Source of the DNA: Candidatus Phoenicimicrobium oleiphilum
Lineage (GTDB): Bacteria; Atribacterota; Phoenicimicrobiia; Phoenicimicrobiales; Phoenicimicrobiaceae
Length of the DNA stretch: 28,490 nt
Assembly (NCBI GenBank): GCA_039638295.1
Contig: JBDIWJ010000018.1
Span: 1 to 28,490 of the forward strand
Reading direction: 5' to 3'
Of the stretch, positions 1 through 10,586 are shown piece by piece. A model generated the notes under the pieces. That model ran no database searches. It was given only the letters and a program-made list of their open reading frames with translations, and had not been told where the DNA came from. The translations under genes and the position numbers were made by a program. Position 1 is the stretch's first letter, and each line of letters opens with the position of its first letter.

Positions 1-53
1 ATCTAGAGAAAAAGGAGGAACCTTCAAGTAGTTTCGAGTACATTTCTGCTTGA
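1..53 (+). CDS. Possible 3' end of a CDS truncated by the window edge (...LEKKEEPSSSFEYISA*)
   Basis: Frame 3 is open from the edge to TGA at 51-53; too short to identify. Confidence 0.25.
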   Translation, partial: LEKKEEPSSSFEYISA

Positions 54-410
54 GGCATCGTATCAGCTTTCAAGTACATTTTTATGTGAGGCATTAAGGA
101 GGGGATTCTTATGTTGTATCCCGGAATCGAATCTTGTTAAGATGGTCAGCCAGTTTACCGGTTAATAAATATAATCAATAGTGAACAGTCGTTAGTCGTT
201 AGCAGAACAGGCATATAGCAATATGCCTCTGCTTGTTAGAAACCTAAAACTGAAAACTGAAAACTGATGAGAACTTATATTTAAAATTAACAATTAGAAT
301 TAACTGGGTAACTGGGTAACTAACCAAAAATTACATACTATTCACTGGCGAATAATTTGGCATTTTTTGCTCTATACTATTTCTCTTTAATATGTACTAC
401 ATACGCAATA

Positions 411-1631
411 CTAATTAATAACTAATTTTATAAAATTTAGTTTTCCAATTTTCAGTATCATTCCATCTTTGACTGTGATATCTAGGTGAGGATCACTTAT
501 TTTTTCTCCATCAATTTTTACTCCACCCTGCTCGATCAATCTACGAGCTTCGCCCTTGCTGGAAACTAAACCGGAAATAACAACAAGTTCAGTAATCCAT
601 ATTTTTCCATTTTTCAAATCTTCTTTTTTTATAACCAATTCTCTCATCTTTTCGGGATAAAGTTTCTCTTTAAATACTCTTTCAAATTCCTCTTCCGCCT
701 TAAAGGAAGCTTCTTTTCCATGATACAGTCCTACAATCTCTCGAGCTAATCTCTTTTTTAAATCGCGAGGGTGAATATTATTGTTTTCTAAATCAATTTT
801 CATTTTTTCTATTTCATCTAAAGGAACATCTGTTACCAGCTCGAAATATCTAATCATAAGATTATCCGGTATAGACATAATCTTACCATATATATCTTGA
901 GGCTGTTCGTTAATACCAACATAATTATTAAGACTTTTACTCATTTTTTCTACCCCATCTATTCCTTCGAGTAAAGGCAAGGTAATAATAACCTGGGGTT
1001 CCTGGCCATATTCTCTCTGAATCGTCCTTCCTACTAATAAATTAAATTTTTGATCTGTTCCTCCTAATTCGACATCAGCATTTAGGGCAACAGAATCATA
1101 CCCCTGCATTAATGGATATAAAAATTCATGGATACCAATTGGCCTCTCTTCTTTATATCGAGTCGCAAAATCATCTCTTTCCAACATACGAGCTACAGTG
1201 TATTTGGAGCATATCTTCAAGACTTCAGCAAACGATAATTTACCCAACCAATGACTATTGAATACCACTTTTGTTTTCTCAGGATTTAATATTTTAAAAA
1301 CTTGTGCTTTATAGGTTTCCGCATTTTTTTTAACTTCTTCCTCAGTTAATTGTTTTCTAGTAGCACTTCGACCACTTGGATCTCCTATCATTCCAGTGAA
1401 ATCACCTATTAAAAAATAAACATCGTGACCTAAATCTTGAAATTGTCTTAGTTTGCGTAACCCAACCGTATGTCCTAAATGTATATCTGGTGCATTTGGG
1501 TCAAATCCTTGCTTAATCCGAAGAGGTCTTTTTTCTTCCCTTGATCTTTCTAATTTTTTTATTAACTCTTCTTCAGATATTATTTCTTCGATTCCTCTTT
1601 TAATTATTCTTACTTCTTCTTTAATATCCAT
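411..1631 (-). CDS. tyrS: Tyrosine--tRNA ligase
   Basis: [13 protein letters not shown] (HIGH), [13 protein letters not shown] and a C-terminal S4 domain. Confidence 0.98.
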   Translation of the reverse strand: MDIKEEVRIIKRGIEEIISEEELIKKLERSREEKRPLRIKQGFDPNAPDIHLGHTVGLRKLRQFQDLGHDVYFLIGDFTGMIGDPSGRSATRKQLTEEEVKKNAETYKAQVFKILNPEKTKVVFNSHWLGKLSFAEVLKICSKYTVARMLERDDFATRYKEERPIGIHEFLYPLMQGYDSVALNADVELGGTDQKFNLLVGRTIQREYGQEPQVIITLPLLEGIDGVEKMSKSLNNYVGINEQPQDIYGKIMSIPDNLMIRYFELVTDVPLDEIEKMKIDLENNNIHPRDLKKRLAREIVGLYHGKEASFKAEEEFERVFKEKLYPEKMRELVIKKEDLKNGKIWITELVVISGLVSSKGEARRLIEQGGVKIDGEKISDPHLDITVKDGMILKIGKLNFIKLVIN

Positions 1632-1727
1632 AAATAAACACCTTCCCGAATAAAAATATTATATGTTATATATTATTTATTAAATTATATTACATGATTA
1701 CTACCTAAAAGTAAACAATATGGTAAT

Positions 1728-1804
1728 GTAGGGTCACGATGCATCGTGCCCACGGGAAACATTAAGCTATAATATGGTGAGGTCACAATTCATTGTGCTC
1801 CTAC
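1728..1804. repeat. Pair of GTAG-type REP-like palindromes
   Basis: GTAGGGTCACGATGCATCGTGCCCAC (1728-1753) and GTGAGGTCACAATTCATTGTGCTCCTAC (1777-1804); same core recurs at 28267-28289. Confidence 0.7.
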
Positions 1805-1930
1805 AACATAATTATTTCCAAAAGCCAAAATTTATTGTGAATTTGTTTATAAAACACTATACAAAATATTTTTTTGAGCTTTTTGGGGAATAACCATTAT
1901 ATTATATACTATAATTATACTATTAAATTT

Positions 1931-2410
1931 TTAAATATGATTTTCACCTAAGCCTAATCTATTTTTATTTTTTATCAGTAATATTAATAATGGATAACCT
2001 AAGATATAACAAGCAACGACTTCCCCAATTCCAATATACAAAACAGTTATCCAGTAAGGTAAATCAAAGAGTAAGTGCAAATAGATACTAACTCCAAAAG
2101 CATTTATTATAACAGGAGGAAGGGGAGCTAATTTAGGATTTTTTACTTTAGATGTTAAATAAGCAGCAATTAAAGTACAAAAGCTTCCTCCAATTATATC
2201 CACCATTCCTAACCCTCCGTAAATATTTGCTAAGATACAGCCCACAAATAATCCAATAATGGCAGAAGGCTCAATAAAAGGCAGGACTACTAAAGCTTCT
2301 GCAATTCTCACTTGAACAGGTCCATAACTTATTGGTGCAAAAATGATAGTAAGAATCACGTAGATTGCTCCAATCATAGCTACCCGGACCAAATAATTAA
2401 ACTTCTTCAA
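1931..2410 (-). CDS. queT: QueT-family ECF transporter S component (queuosine precursor uptake)
   Basis: PISYGPVQVRIAEAL motif, several TM helices, TTG start with GGGAG RBS. Confidence 0.88.
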   Translation of the reverse strand: MKKFNYLVRVAMIGAIYVILTIIFAPISYGPVQVRIAEALVVLPFIEPSAIIGLFVGCILANIYGGLGMVDIIGGSFCTLIAAYLTSKVKNPKLAPLPPVIINAFGVSIYLHLLFDLPYWITVLYIGIGEVVACYILGYPLLILLIKNKNRLGLGENHI

Positions 2411-2442
2411 AAAGATAGACTCCCATATTATTAATTTTTGAA

Positions 2443-2451
2443 ATTATAGCA
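2443..2451 (-). promoter_or_regulatory. Extended -10 promoter (TGcTATAAT) for queT
   Basis: TGTGCTATAAT on the minus strand about 32 nt upstream of the start codon. Confidence 0.55.
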
Positions 2452-2685
2452 CAGTTTATTTTACATTAAAAGGGTTAAGATTGGTAACTTATCTATTTTA
2501 TTATAATTTTATGATATAATATTAACAAAATATTTCGTATCTCGTCAAGAAAATAGAAGTCAGAAGTCGGAATCCAGAATCTAATAGTATATCGTATATA
2601 GATATATAGCAAAGAAAATAAAAAAAGAGAAAGAAGTAATTGCGTATTGTATACGCCTAAGAACTGACTAAATGGTAAAATGTTA

Positions 2686-2723
2686 AAGTGGGAAGTATAG
2701 ATTCCCACTTCCGCAGGAATGAC
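2686..2723. repeat. REP-like hairpin of the GTCATTCCCGCG-aa-GCGGGAATC type
   Basis: Minus strand reads GTCATTCCTGCGGAAGTGGGAATC; an overlapping inverted repeat AAGTGGGAA/TTCCCACTT lies at 2686-2710. Confidence 0.6.
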
Positions 2724-2830
2724 ATTGGCAGAAAAGATGTCTTACCTATATTACTTACTATATGTTAAACGCTACTCATATACTACATACGAAATACAAT
2801 ATACGATATACGAACTTAAGGAGTCTTGTT

Positions 2831-4975
2831 TTGTCACCTAAAAATAAAATAAAAAAATCTTACCATATTCCTTGGTCCAAAAAAATATTATTGGTATTTA
2901 TAATTTTTTCCCTTACCTTTGTCATTACCTTTATCAGTTTAGCCACCCTTAATGATCAAAAAATTTCTGAAATGGTGAAAGAGCAAAATTTTATAGATGC
3001 CATAAATAGTAAAGTATTTGATATAAATGGTGAAATCATCACTGAATTTTATCAAGAAAACAGAAATCCCATTCCTCTATCTTCAGTTCCTACTAATTTA
3101 ATTAATGCTTTTATTGCTATTGAAGATTCCGATTTTTACGAGCATAAAGGTATTAATATTCGTAGAATTTTAATTACTCAATTGCAAAATTTTAAAAATT
3201 TAATTCTATTGTCTAATAAAGATATTAAACCTCAAGGTGGTAGCACAATAACCCAGCAATTAGCGATAAACACTTTTCTTACTCGTAAAATTAGTTTGCA
3301 TAGAAAATTACAAGATATTTTGTTAGCCTTGCAGATTGAAAGAAATTTTACCAAAGAAGAAATTTTAGAAATGTATTTAAACGAAATTTATTTCGGACAT
3401 GGTGCATATGGGGTTCAATCTGCTGCTCAATTATATTTTGGTAAAAATGTGCAAGATTTAAATCTTGCAGAATGTGCATTACTAGCTGGAATTCCTCGCG
3501 GACCTTCCTATTATTCTCCCATTCTTAACCAGAAAAACTCTATAAACAGAAGAAATATCATTTTAAACAGAATGTTTAAATTAGGATATATTTCTAAGGA
3601 TGATATGAAAAAAGCTCAACAAAGTCCCCTTAAACTTAATTATAATAATAAAAAGGATAAATTTAGCGCTTCCTATTTTTCTACTTATATTCTTTCTCAA
3701 CTTTTAGACGAATTTGGTGCAAATATGGTTTATAAAGGTGGCCTAAAAATTTATACTACATTAGATTTAAAAATGCAAAATATTGCTGAAAAAGCACTTC
3801 AAGAATCTGGTTATGAAGGGGCAATAATTGCTATCGAACCTAACTCTGGTCATATTAAAGCGATGGTAGGGGGTAAAAACTTTGAAGAAAGTAAATTTAA
3901 TAGAGCAACTCAGGCTTATCGTCAACCAGGTTCTGCCTTCAAACCTTTTATTTATCTTACTGCTTTAGAAAATGGATTTACTCCTAGTAACATTATAGAA
4001 GATTCTCCAGTTACTTTTGAAAATGGGTGGTCACCTGAAAATTATGAAAAAGAATTTAGAGGGCCAGTAACTCTTAGAGAAGCATTTGAATTATCTATAA
4101 ATGTAGTGGGAGTAAAATTATTAGAACAAGTAGGGGTAAGTGAAGTAATAAATTATGCCCACAAAGCGGGAATAAAAAGTAAACTTCGACCAGATTTATC
4201 CTTAGCGTTAGGAACTTCTGAGATAACTCCCTTGGAAATTGCTTCTGCTTATGCTACTATCGCTAACTTAGGAGTAAGAGTTGAACCTGTATCCATAATT
4301 CGGATAGAAGATTATAATGGTAAAACTATAAAAGAAAATGTTCCTCAAAAAAAGAAAGTATTTAAAGAAGAGGCTTGTTATGTGCTTATCGATATGATGA
4401 AAGGAGTAATAATAAGAGGTACTGGTCGGAATGCCCAGATAGGTAGACCGGCTGCTGGGAAAACAGGTACTACTGATGATTTTATTGATGCCTGGTTTAT
4501 AGGATTTACTCCCGATTTGGTTACTGCAGTTTATATTGGTAATGATGACCGAAAACCCCTCGGAAATAAAATGACTGGTGGAGTAGTTGCAGCGCCAATC
4601 TGGGCTAAATTTATGAAAGAAGCTCTTAAAAACAAAGAAAAAAAAGAATTTATGCAACCGGATAAAATAGTAAAAATTCCTGTTTGTAAACAATCTGGTC
4701 TTTTGCCTACTGATTCTTGCCCCGAGACATTATCTGTAGTTTTTATAAAGGGCACCGAACCTACTTCTTATTGTACCATTCACCAAAAATATTTCGAAAC
4801 TCCAAAAATAGAAGAACGCCCAGAGATCAAAAAACCTTATTATGAAGAAATTGAAAATATTAAGAAAAAATATGAGGAAAAGCCTTTAGAGAAAGAGACA
4901 GAAGGGGAAGAAGAGGAAACTCTTCAATCATTGATAAATAAACTCAAAGAAAAATATAAAAAACAAAATGAATGA
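2831..4975 (+). CDS. Class A penicillin-binding protein (PBP1A family)
   Basis: Transglycosylase motifs IEDxxFYEH and QGGSTITQQL; transpeptidase SAFK, SIN, KTGT. Start moved to TTG 2831 because AAGGAG lies at 2818-2823; the upstream ORF extension runs through repeats. Confidence 0.95.
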   Translation: MSPKNKIKKSYHIPWSKKILLVFIIFSLTFVITFISLATLNDQKISEMVKEQNFIDAINSKVFDINGEIITEFYQENRNPIPLSSVPTNLINAFIAIEDSDFYEHKGINIRRILITQLQNFKNLILLSNKDIKPQGGSTITQQLAINTFLTRKISLHRKLQDILLALQIERNFTKEEILEMYLNEIYFGHGAYGVQSAAQLYFGKNVQDLNLAECALLAGIPRGPSYYSPILNQKNSINRRNIILNRMFKLGYISKDDMKKAQQSPLKLNYNNKKDKFSASYFSTYILSQLLDEFGANMVYKGGLKIYTTLDLKMQNIAEKALQESGYEGAIIAIEPNSGHIKAMVGGKNFEESKFNRATQAYRQPGSAFKPFIYLTALENGFTPSNIIEDSPVTFENGWSPENYEKEFRGPVTLREAFELSINVVGVKLLEQVGVSEVINYAHKAGIKSKLRPDLSLALGTSEITPLEIASAYATIANLGVRVEPVSIIRIEDYNGKTIKENVPQKKKVFKEEACYVLIDMMKGVIIRGTGRNAQIGRPAAGKTGTTDDFIDAWFIGFTPDLVTAVYIGNDDRKPLGNKMTGGVVAAPIWAKFMKEALKNKEKKEFMQPDKIVKIPVCKQSGLLPTDSCPETLSVVFIKGTEPTSYCTIHQKYFETPKIEERPEIKKPYYEEIENIKKKYEEKPLEKETEGEEEETLQSLINKLKEKYKKQNE

Positions 4976-4997
4976 TCAATTATATATCTAGTCGAAC

Positions 4998-7379
4998 CTA
5001 TTTCTTAAGATACACAACCGTTACTCCGATGCCCCCCTTGTTGGCATCACCTGGCTTAAATGATTTAACATAAGGAATGTTATCTAATAATTTTCTAACT
5101 TCTTCTCTTAAGACTCCTTTTCCTTTACCATGAATAATATATACTGGTGAAATTCCTAATAGATATGCATCATCTAAATATTTTTCTAATATTAATTTAG
5201 CGTCTTCGACATTAAACCGACGAAGAGACAGCTCATTCTTAAAGGTTTTTATTTTTGATAAATAGAAGTTATCTTGGCCAGCAGATCTTTTACTAACATC
5301 ATCTCTTGTGGGGATGAAATTTTCACCCAATTTATCGGACTTTTCTATTTTTTCTATATCAAAGATGGGTACAATTATTTTCATATTATCTATCTGAATC
5401 TTGCATTTCCCACTTTTCTCAGAAATAGCCAGTATTATCCCCTTTTTATTTAAACTTTTAACCCGCACATAATTGCCAACTTTAATATCACGATTTTTAA
5501 TCGATTCTTCTTCTATTATCAACTTTGTCTTTATCTCTTCATTTATTTCCCTTAATTCCTTTAATAATGGGCTTTTAGATTTTTTATTTATTAATCTTTT
5601 TTTGCCCAAATTCTCTATTATATTTTCCACTTTACTCTGGGTTTCTTTTAAAATCTTTTCAGCTTCCTGGTAAGTTTTTCGAAATATTTCTACTTTTTTC
5701 TCCCTAATTTCATCCAATTCTTCTTGTAATTCTTTTTTAATTTTAAAGGTCTCCTCTCTGGATATTTTTATTAGTTCCATTTCTTGTTCAATTAATTTTT
5801 TATCCTGTTCAATCTTCTCGATTAAATTATCCACCTTAACCTTCTCTTGAGTTAAAAAACTTTGGGCTCGTAAAACTACATCTTGGGCCAAGCCTAATCT
5901 TCGCGCAATTATAAAAGCACAACTTTTCCCAGGTAATCCAATAGAGATTTGGAATGTTGGCTTTAAAGTTTTTTCATCAAATTCAACGCGGGCATTGCAT
6001 ACCCCTTTGGTTAAATATGCATAAGTCTTCAGCGAATCATGATGCGTAGTAGCTAATACATTGACCTTTTCTTTATTTAAAAATTCTAAAACCGCCATTC
6101 CCAAGGCTGCCCCTTCTGTCGGATCGGTTCCTGCCCCTAATTCATCAAGTAATACCAGAGATTTTGAATTAGCCTTCTTTAAAATCTGAACTATATATTT
6201 CATATGGGAAGAAAAGGTACTTAAATTTTGTTCTATACTTTGTTCATCTCCAATATCACAAAATATTTCTTGAAAAACAGCAACTTCACTCCCCTTATTG
6301 GCAGGAATGTGTAATCCGCATTGGGCCATAAGAGAAAGTAAACCCACTGTCTTTAAAGTTACTGTCTTACCTCCAGTATTGGGACCAGTAATTATTAAAA
6401 TATTAAAATCCTTTCCCAAAATAATATTAATTGGAACTACATTTCCTTTTAGTAAAGGATGCCTTGCTTGAACAAGATTAATGAATCCTCCTTGATTTAT
6501 TTTAGGCTCAATTGCATCCATTTTATTTGCTAACATCGCACGTGCATTGATAAAGTCAATTTCACCCAGATTCAAAAAAGAATAATAAATCTCTTGAGCT
6601 TTTTCCCCAATAAGGGTTGTTAGTTTTTGTAAAATTTTTAAAACCTCTTTTTCTTCTTCTTTAACTAATTGACGCAAGGTATTATTTAATTCAACTATTT
6701 CTAATGGTTCAACAAATAAGGTGGCACCACTATCAGATTTATCATGTACTATTCCAGGGAATTTTCCTTTCCGTTCCTGCTTTATGGGGATAACATACCT
6801 ATCTTGTCTTATTGTTACCAAAGGCTCCTGGATAATAGTGGCAAATTGAGAAGATCTAATGATGGACTCTAATCTTTTTTTAATGGTTTGCTCTTTATTA
6901 ATTATTTCTCTTCTTATCTTTTTCAAACTTGAACTTGCTCGGTCTAAAACTACACCATCTTCACCAATACAATTAGTTATTTCCTTCTCTAATTCTGGGA
7001 AAGTATTGATTTTATTTGCTCTTTCCTTAATTAGAGGATATTTCTCTTTAGTTTTTAATAAAAATTTTTTAACCAATCGTGATGTTGTCAAAACTTTTAA
7101 TATTTTTAATATTTTTGTAGCATCAAGAATAGCACCTTTAATCTCAGATTTTTTTAACTCAATATTGACATCTTCTAATCTTGTAAAAGGCGGAGTACCT
7201 TCATAGAGAATAATCTCTCTCATTTCAGTAGTTTCTCTCTGAACGGTAAGGACTTGTTCGCGGTCAGTTAGGGGGGTTATTTTTTCTACTATTTGTTCAC
7301 CAGTTGCAGAAACTACTAATTCTTTTAATAATTTTTTAATCTTATGGAATTCCAAAACTGAAAGAGTGTGTTTATCCAA
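4998..7379 (-). CDS. mutS2: Endonuclease MutS2
   Basis: ITGPNTGGKT, DIGDEQSIEQNLSTFSSHM, DELGAGTDP and a C-terminal Smr domain (IIHGKG). Confidence 0.97.
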   Translation of the reverse strand: MDKHTLSVLEFHKIKKLLKELVVSATGEQIVEKITPLTDREQVLTVQRETTEMREIILYEGTPPFTRLEDVNIELKKSEIKGAILDATKILKILKVLTTSRLVKKFLLKTKEKYPLIKERANKINTFPELEKEITNCIGEDGVVLDRASSSLKKIRREIINKEQTIKKRLESIIRSSQFATIIQEPLVTIRQDRYVIPIKQERKGKFPGIVHDKSDSGATLFVEPLEIVELNNTLRQLVKEEEKEVLKILQKLTTLIGEKAQEIYYSFLNLGEIDFINARAMLANKMDAIEPKINQGGFINLVQARHPLLKGNVVPINIILGKDFNILIITGPNTGGKTVTLKTVGLLSLMAQCGLHIPANKGSEVAVFQEIFCDIGDEQSIEQNLSTFSSHMKYIVQILKKANSKSLVLLDELGAGTDPTEGAALGMAVLEFLNKEKVNVLATTHHDSLKTYAYLTKGVCNARVEFDEKTLKPTFQISIGLPGKSCAFIIARRLGLAQDVVLRAQSFLTQEKVKVDNLIEKIEQDKKLIEQEMELIKISREETFKIKKELQEELDEIREKKVEIFRKTYQEAEKILKETQSKVENIIENLGKKRLINKKSKSPLLKELREINEEIKTKLIIEEESIKNRDIKVGNYVRVKSLNKKGIILAISEKSGKCKIQIDNMKIIVPIFDIEKIEKSDKLGENFIPTRDDVSKRSAGQDNFYLSKIKTFKNELSLRRFNVEDAKLILEKYLDDAYLLGISPVYIIHGKGKGVLREEVRKLLDNIPYVKSFKPGDANKGGIGVTVVYLKK

Positions 7380-7415
7380 AATATCTCTTGTCCCTTTTTA
7401 TATCAAATCAATTCA

Positions 7416-7985
7416 TCATTTTAAGGTATTCTTTAAAACAAACAAATTAAGATGAAATTTCTTAAGGAACTCCTCCGTATTGAACTGAAAACTTGAAGGT
7501 AGCCAATCTGCAAAATATTTATACACAATTGTTATCATAACTGCAAATCTATTTGCTAAAAATGATTTTTCTAATTGATCATTTATAAAAACTGGCAAGG
7601 GTATAAAAGTAACAATAATTAATATAACCCCTACTATTAGTGCACCTTTAAATAAACCGAATAAAGCACCGCCCAGTGCATCAATCCAGGAGATAAATAA
7701 TAAGGAAAATACTTTTTTCAGAGATATTTCAATAATTCTCGCAATTAAATATATTCCTAAAAATACTACAGCAAATCCTATTATATTTGATATTTCTCTA
7801 CTAACTGTGGTATGTAAACTTATATATTCTCCTGCCTCTTTAAACCAAAAAATTGCCAGAAAAATAGCAGCAATAATCCCTATAAAATTTATTATTCCTC
7901 TAACAATTCCCCGACGTACCCCGGTTATTATGTTCAATAATATTATTATCATTATGGATACGTCTACCCAGTTTATTGACGACAT
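7416..7985 (-). CDS. cvpA: CvpA family (colicin V production) membrane protein
   Basis: NWVD...GVRRG and IDALGGALFG motifs; typical pheT-cvpA-mutS2 context. Confidence 0.88.
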   Translation of the reverse strand: MSSINWVDVSIMIIILLNIITGVRRGIVRGIINFIGIIAAIFLAIFWFKEAGEYISLHTTVSREISNIIGFAVVFLGIYLIARIIEISLKKVFSLLFISWIDALGGALFGLFKGALIVGVILIIVTFIPLPVFINDQLEKSFLANRFAVMITIVYKYFADWLPSSFQFNTEEFLKKFHLNLFVLKNTLK

Positions 7986-8044
7986 AAATAACTCCTCTTA
8001 ATTAGTCGTTAGTAAATAGTCGTTATTAAAACAGGCATCTCACT

Positions 8045-8086
8045 TGTCCCCTGCTTTCGCAGGGGCATGTCCCGTGAAAATAGGGA
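8045..8086. repeat. Two abutting REP-like hairpins
   Basis: TGTCCCCTGC-TTTC-GCAGGGGCA (8045-8067) followed by TGTCCCGTGAAAATAGGGA (8068-8086). Confidence 0.6.
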
Positions 8087-8153
8087 TATGAGATACAAGT
8101 TTAGTTTTGCATTTTGCGCTTTTCGCTTTACGCCTTAGTACCATTAGCTCCTT

Positions 8154-10586
8154 TCACTCTCTTATTTTAGCATCAAATTTTACAATTAACTTCTCTCTAA
8201 CTTTTTTAAGTATATTTTCTACTTCCTGGTCAGTCAAGGTATGGTCTTCTGATTGAAAGATAATAGAATAAGCCAAACTCTTATAACCTTCACCAATCTG
8301 TTTCCCTTTGAATATATCAAATAAAATTATTTTTTTAATTAACTTTATATTAACTGAATTAATTTCTTTGACAATCTCTGAAGAGAGAACACCTTCTCTT
8401 ACTATTAAAGACAAATCTCTTTGCACTGAAGGATACTTTGGTAAAACACGATAACTAATGCTTGCAGGTACATTAGGAATTAAATTCTCAAAATCAATCT
8501 CAAATAAATTAACTTTTTCAGGAATACGATAATTATCAATTATGTCAGGATGTATTTCACCGAAAACCCCTACTTCTTTCCCTCTTACTACAATTCTCCC
8601 GCTTCTCAAAGGATGTAGAGAAGGATGATTAACAGGCAATACTTCCCAACTTTTTATTTTCAAATCCTGCAGAATCGTTTCAACTAATCCTTTTACATCA
8701 AAGATATCGAAAGAAAATGATTTTGTCCAAATATCTCCTCTGCCCAACTTGGTAATTGCCCCAGCAATTATTATTTTCTCAAGAGGTAAAGAATTGGGCT
8801 TGCCAGGATAGGGTAGATATATCTTGCCTACTTCAAATATTTTAACTATCTCTGCTTGTCTATTAATATTCCATTTAATAACCTCCAACAAACTTGGAAT
8901 TAAGGAGGTTCTCATCAATGAACAATCTCTGGTTAGAGGATCTTTTATTTTTATAGCATCTCTTAATTTATGTCCTTCGGGTACTCTTATTCTATCAAAT
9001 ATCTCCGGAGAAACAAAACTGTAAGTTACCACTTCATTTAACCCACCACCAACTAATATTTCTCTTATTTGATCAATTACCCTTAATCGAAAATTTTTTC
9101 CCTCCTGGGCAATGGTAGTTTTAAAAAGAGTAGGTTTTATTTTGTCATACCCATAAATACGAGCAATTTCTTCTATTAAATCTATTTCTCTTTCTACGTC
9201 TCCCCTAAAAGAAGGAGATATAACTTCAATATATTCTCCGTAATCCTCTTTAATGTTAAAACCCAATTGGGTTAAAATATTAACAATTCGCTCTTTTGTT
9301 TTAAATCTATCTTCTTCCAAAAGTTGACCCAATATTTTCTTAACTCTTTCTATTCTTAAATTTATTTTTACTGGTGTAAATAATTTCTGGTTAGTATCGA
9401 TTGTGCCTGAACTTATTTTCCCCAAAGTAATCCGGCTTATTAAATCAGCAGCTCGTTCTAAGGCAAATATTTGTCCTTCTTTGTCTATACCTTTTTCAAA
9501 CCTATTCGAAGCGTCAGTTCTTAAGCCAAGTTTTATAGTGGTTTTTCTATTATTCACTGGATTAAAATAAGCTGATTCTAAAAACACATTCTTAGTATCC
9601 GTATTAATTTCCGAGTATTTTCCTCCCATTATCCCAGCAATTGCTATAGGACCTTCTACATCAGCAATAACCAAACTACCTTCAGGTAGCTGTCTTTCCA
9701 CATCATCTAGAGTGCAAATAATTTCACCTGGTTTACTTTTTCTTACAATTATGGTTTTTCCTCTGATTAAATCAAGGTCGAAGGCATGAAGTGGTTGCCC
9801 CGTTTCCATCATCACAAAGTTAGTAATATCTACTATATTATTTATCGGTCTTATCCCCAATAGTCTTAGTTTCCATTTTAACCATAAAGGGGACTCTTCA
9901 ATCTTCATTCCTTTTATTACCCGCCCAGTATAACGTGGGCATAAATCTTCTGCCTTAACTTTAACGGAAATATCCTTTTCAATACTCTCTTCACTTTCCT
10001 TTATTTCTATTTTGGGTATCTTTAGATTCTTGTTAAATATTACTGCAACTTCTCGAGCTATCCCTATTATACTCAATAAATCAGGTCGATTGGAATTTAT
10101 TTCAAAATCAAATATTGTATCATCAAGATTTATTAGTTTTCTTATATCCTCACCCAAAGGAAAATTTTCATCTAAAATTAATATTCCAGGAGATTTTCCT
10201 TGCTCAATACCCAATTCAGAAGCTGAGCAAAGCATTCCTGAAGATAAAATATTTTTAAATTTCTTACTTCTAATGATTCCTACCTGTGGCAATTTTGCTC
10301 CATCCAGGGCAACTGCAACTTTATCAAAAACCTTCATATTCCTGGCTCCACAGACTATTTGAAGTATTTTATCTTTTACGTCTACCTGACAGACTGAGAG
10401 ATTACTATCTTCAGGATGTAAGTTAATATCAATTATTTTACCAACAACTACTTTTTCTATATCGATAGATATGTTTTCCATTCGTTCTAAAATTATGCCA
10501 CTTATAGTCAACCTCTGAGTAAGCTCCTCTGGAGATACCTCATCGATATCAACGTACTCTTTTAATAAATTATAAGAAACCTGCAT
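8154..10586 (-). CDS. pheT: Phenylalanine--tRNA ligase beta subunit
   Basis: NRPDLLS, NNIVDITN, GQPLHAFD and FDX-ACB C-terminus. Start MQVSYN at 10586 with GGGAGG RBS; the ORF-track extension crosses repeats. Confidence 0.97.
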   Translation of the reverse strand: MQVSYNLLKEYVDIDEVSPEELTQRLTISGIILERMENISIDIEKVVVGKIIDINLHPEDSNLSVCQVDVKDKILQIVCGARNMKVFDKVAVALDGAKLPQVGIIRSKKFKNILSSGMLCSASELGIEQGKSPGILILDENFPLGEDIRKLINLDDTIFDFEINSNRPDLLSIIGIAREVAVIFNKNLKIPKIEIKESEESIEKDISVKVKAEDLCPRYTGRVIKGMKIEESPLWLKWKLRLLGIRPINNIVDITNFVMMETGQPLHAFDLDLIRGKTIIVRKSKPGEIICTLDDVERQLPEGSLVIADVEGPIAIAGIMGGKYSEINTDTKNVFLESAYFNPVNNRKTTIKLGLRTDASNRFEKGIDKEGQIFALERAADLISRITLGKISSGTIDTNQKLFTPVKINLRIERVKKILGQLLEEDRFKTKERIVNILTQLGFNIKEDYGEYIEVISPSFRGDVEREIDLIEEIARIYGYDKIKPTLFKTTIAQEGKNFRLRVIDQIREILVGGGLNEVVTYSFVSPEIFDRIRVPEGHKLRDAIKIKDPLTRDCSLMRTSLIPSLLEVIKWNINRQAEIVKIFEVGKIYLPYPGKPNSLPLEKIIIAGAITKLGRGDIWTKSFSFDIFDVKGLVETILQDLKIKSWEVLPVNHPSLHPLRSGRIVVRGKEVGVFGEIHPDIIDNYRIPEKVNLFEIDFENLIPNVPASISYRVLPKYPSVQRDLSLIVREGVLSSEIVKEINSVNIKLIKKIILFDIFKGKQIGEGYKSLAYSIIFQSEDHTLTDQEVENILKKVREKLIVKFDAKIRE

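Noticed and set aside
1..140. 3' half of a 6S RNA, or a DGR TR/VR pair
   Set aside because: Only vague motif resemblance to 6S and the region is truncated; repeat mismatches are not adenine-specific and no reverse transcriptase is present.
111..140. Mini ORF MLYPGIESC after AAGGAGG
   Set aside because: Nine codons, no support beyond the RBS-like motif.
2411..2500. preQ1 riboswitch upstream of queT
   Set aside because: No preQ1 hairpin plus A-rich tail is recognisable, and the probable -10 leaves only about 25 nt of leader.
2493..2708. 71-aa ORF from the track
   Set aside because: Runs through heptamer repeats and a REP-like hairpin; no RBS or homology cue.
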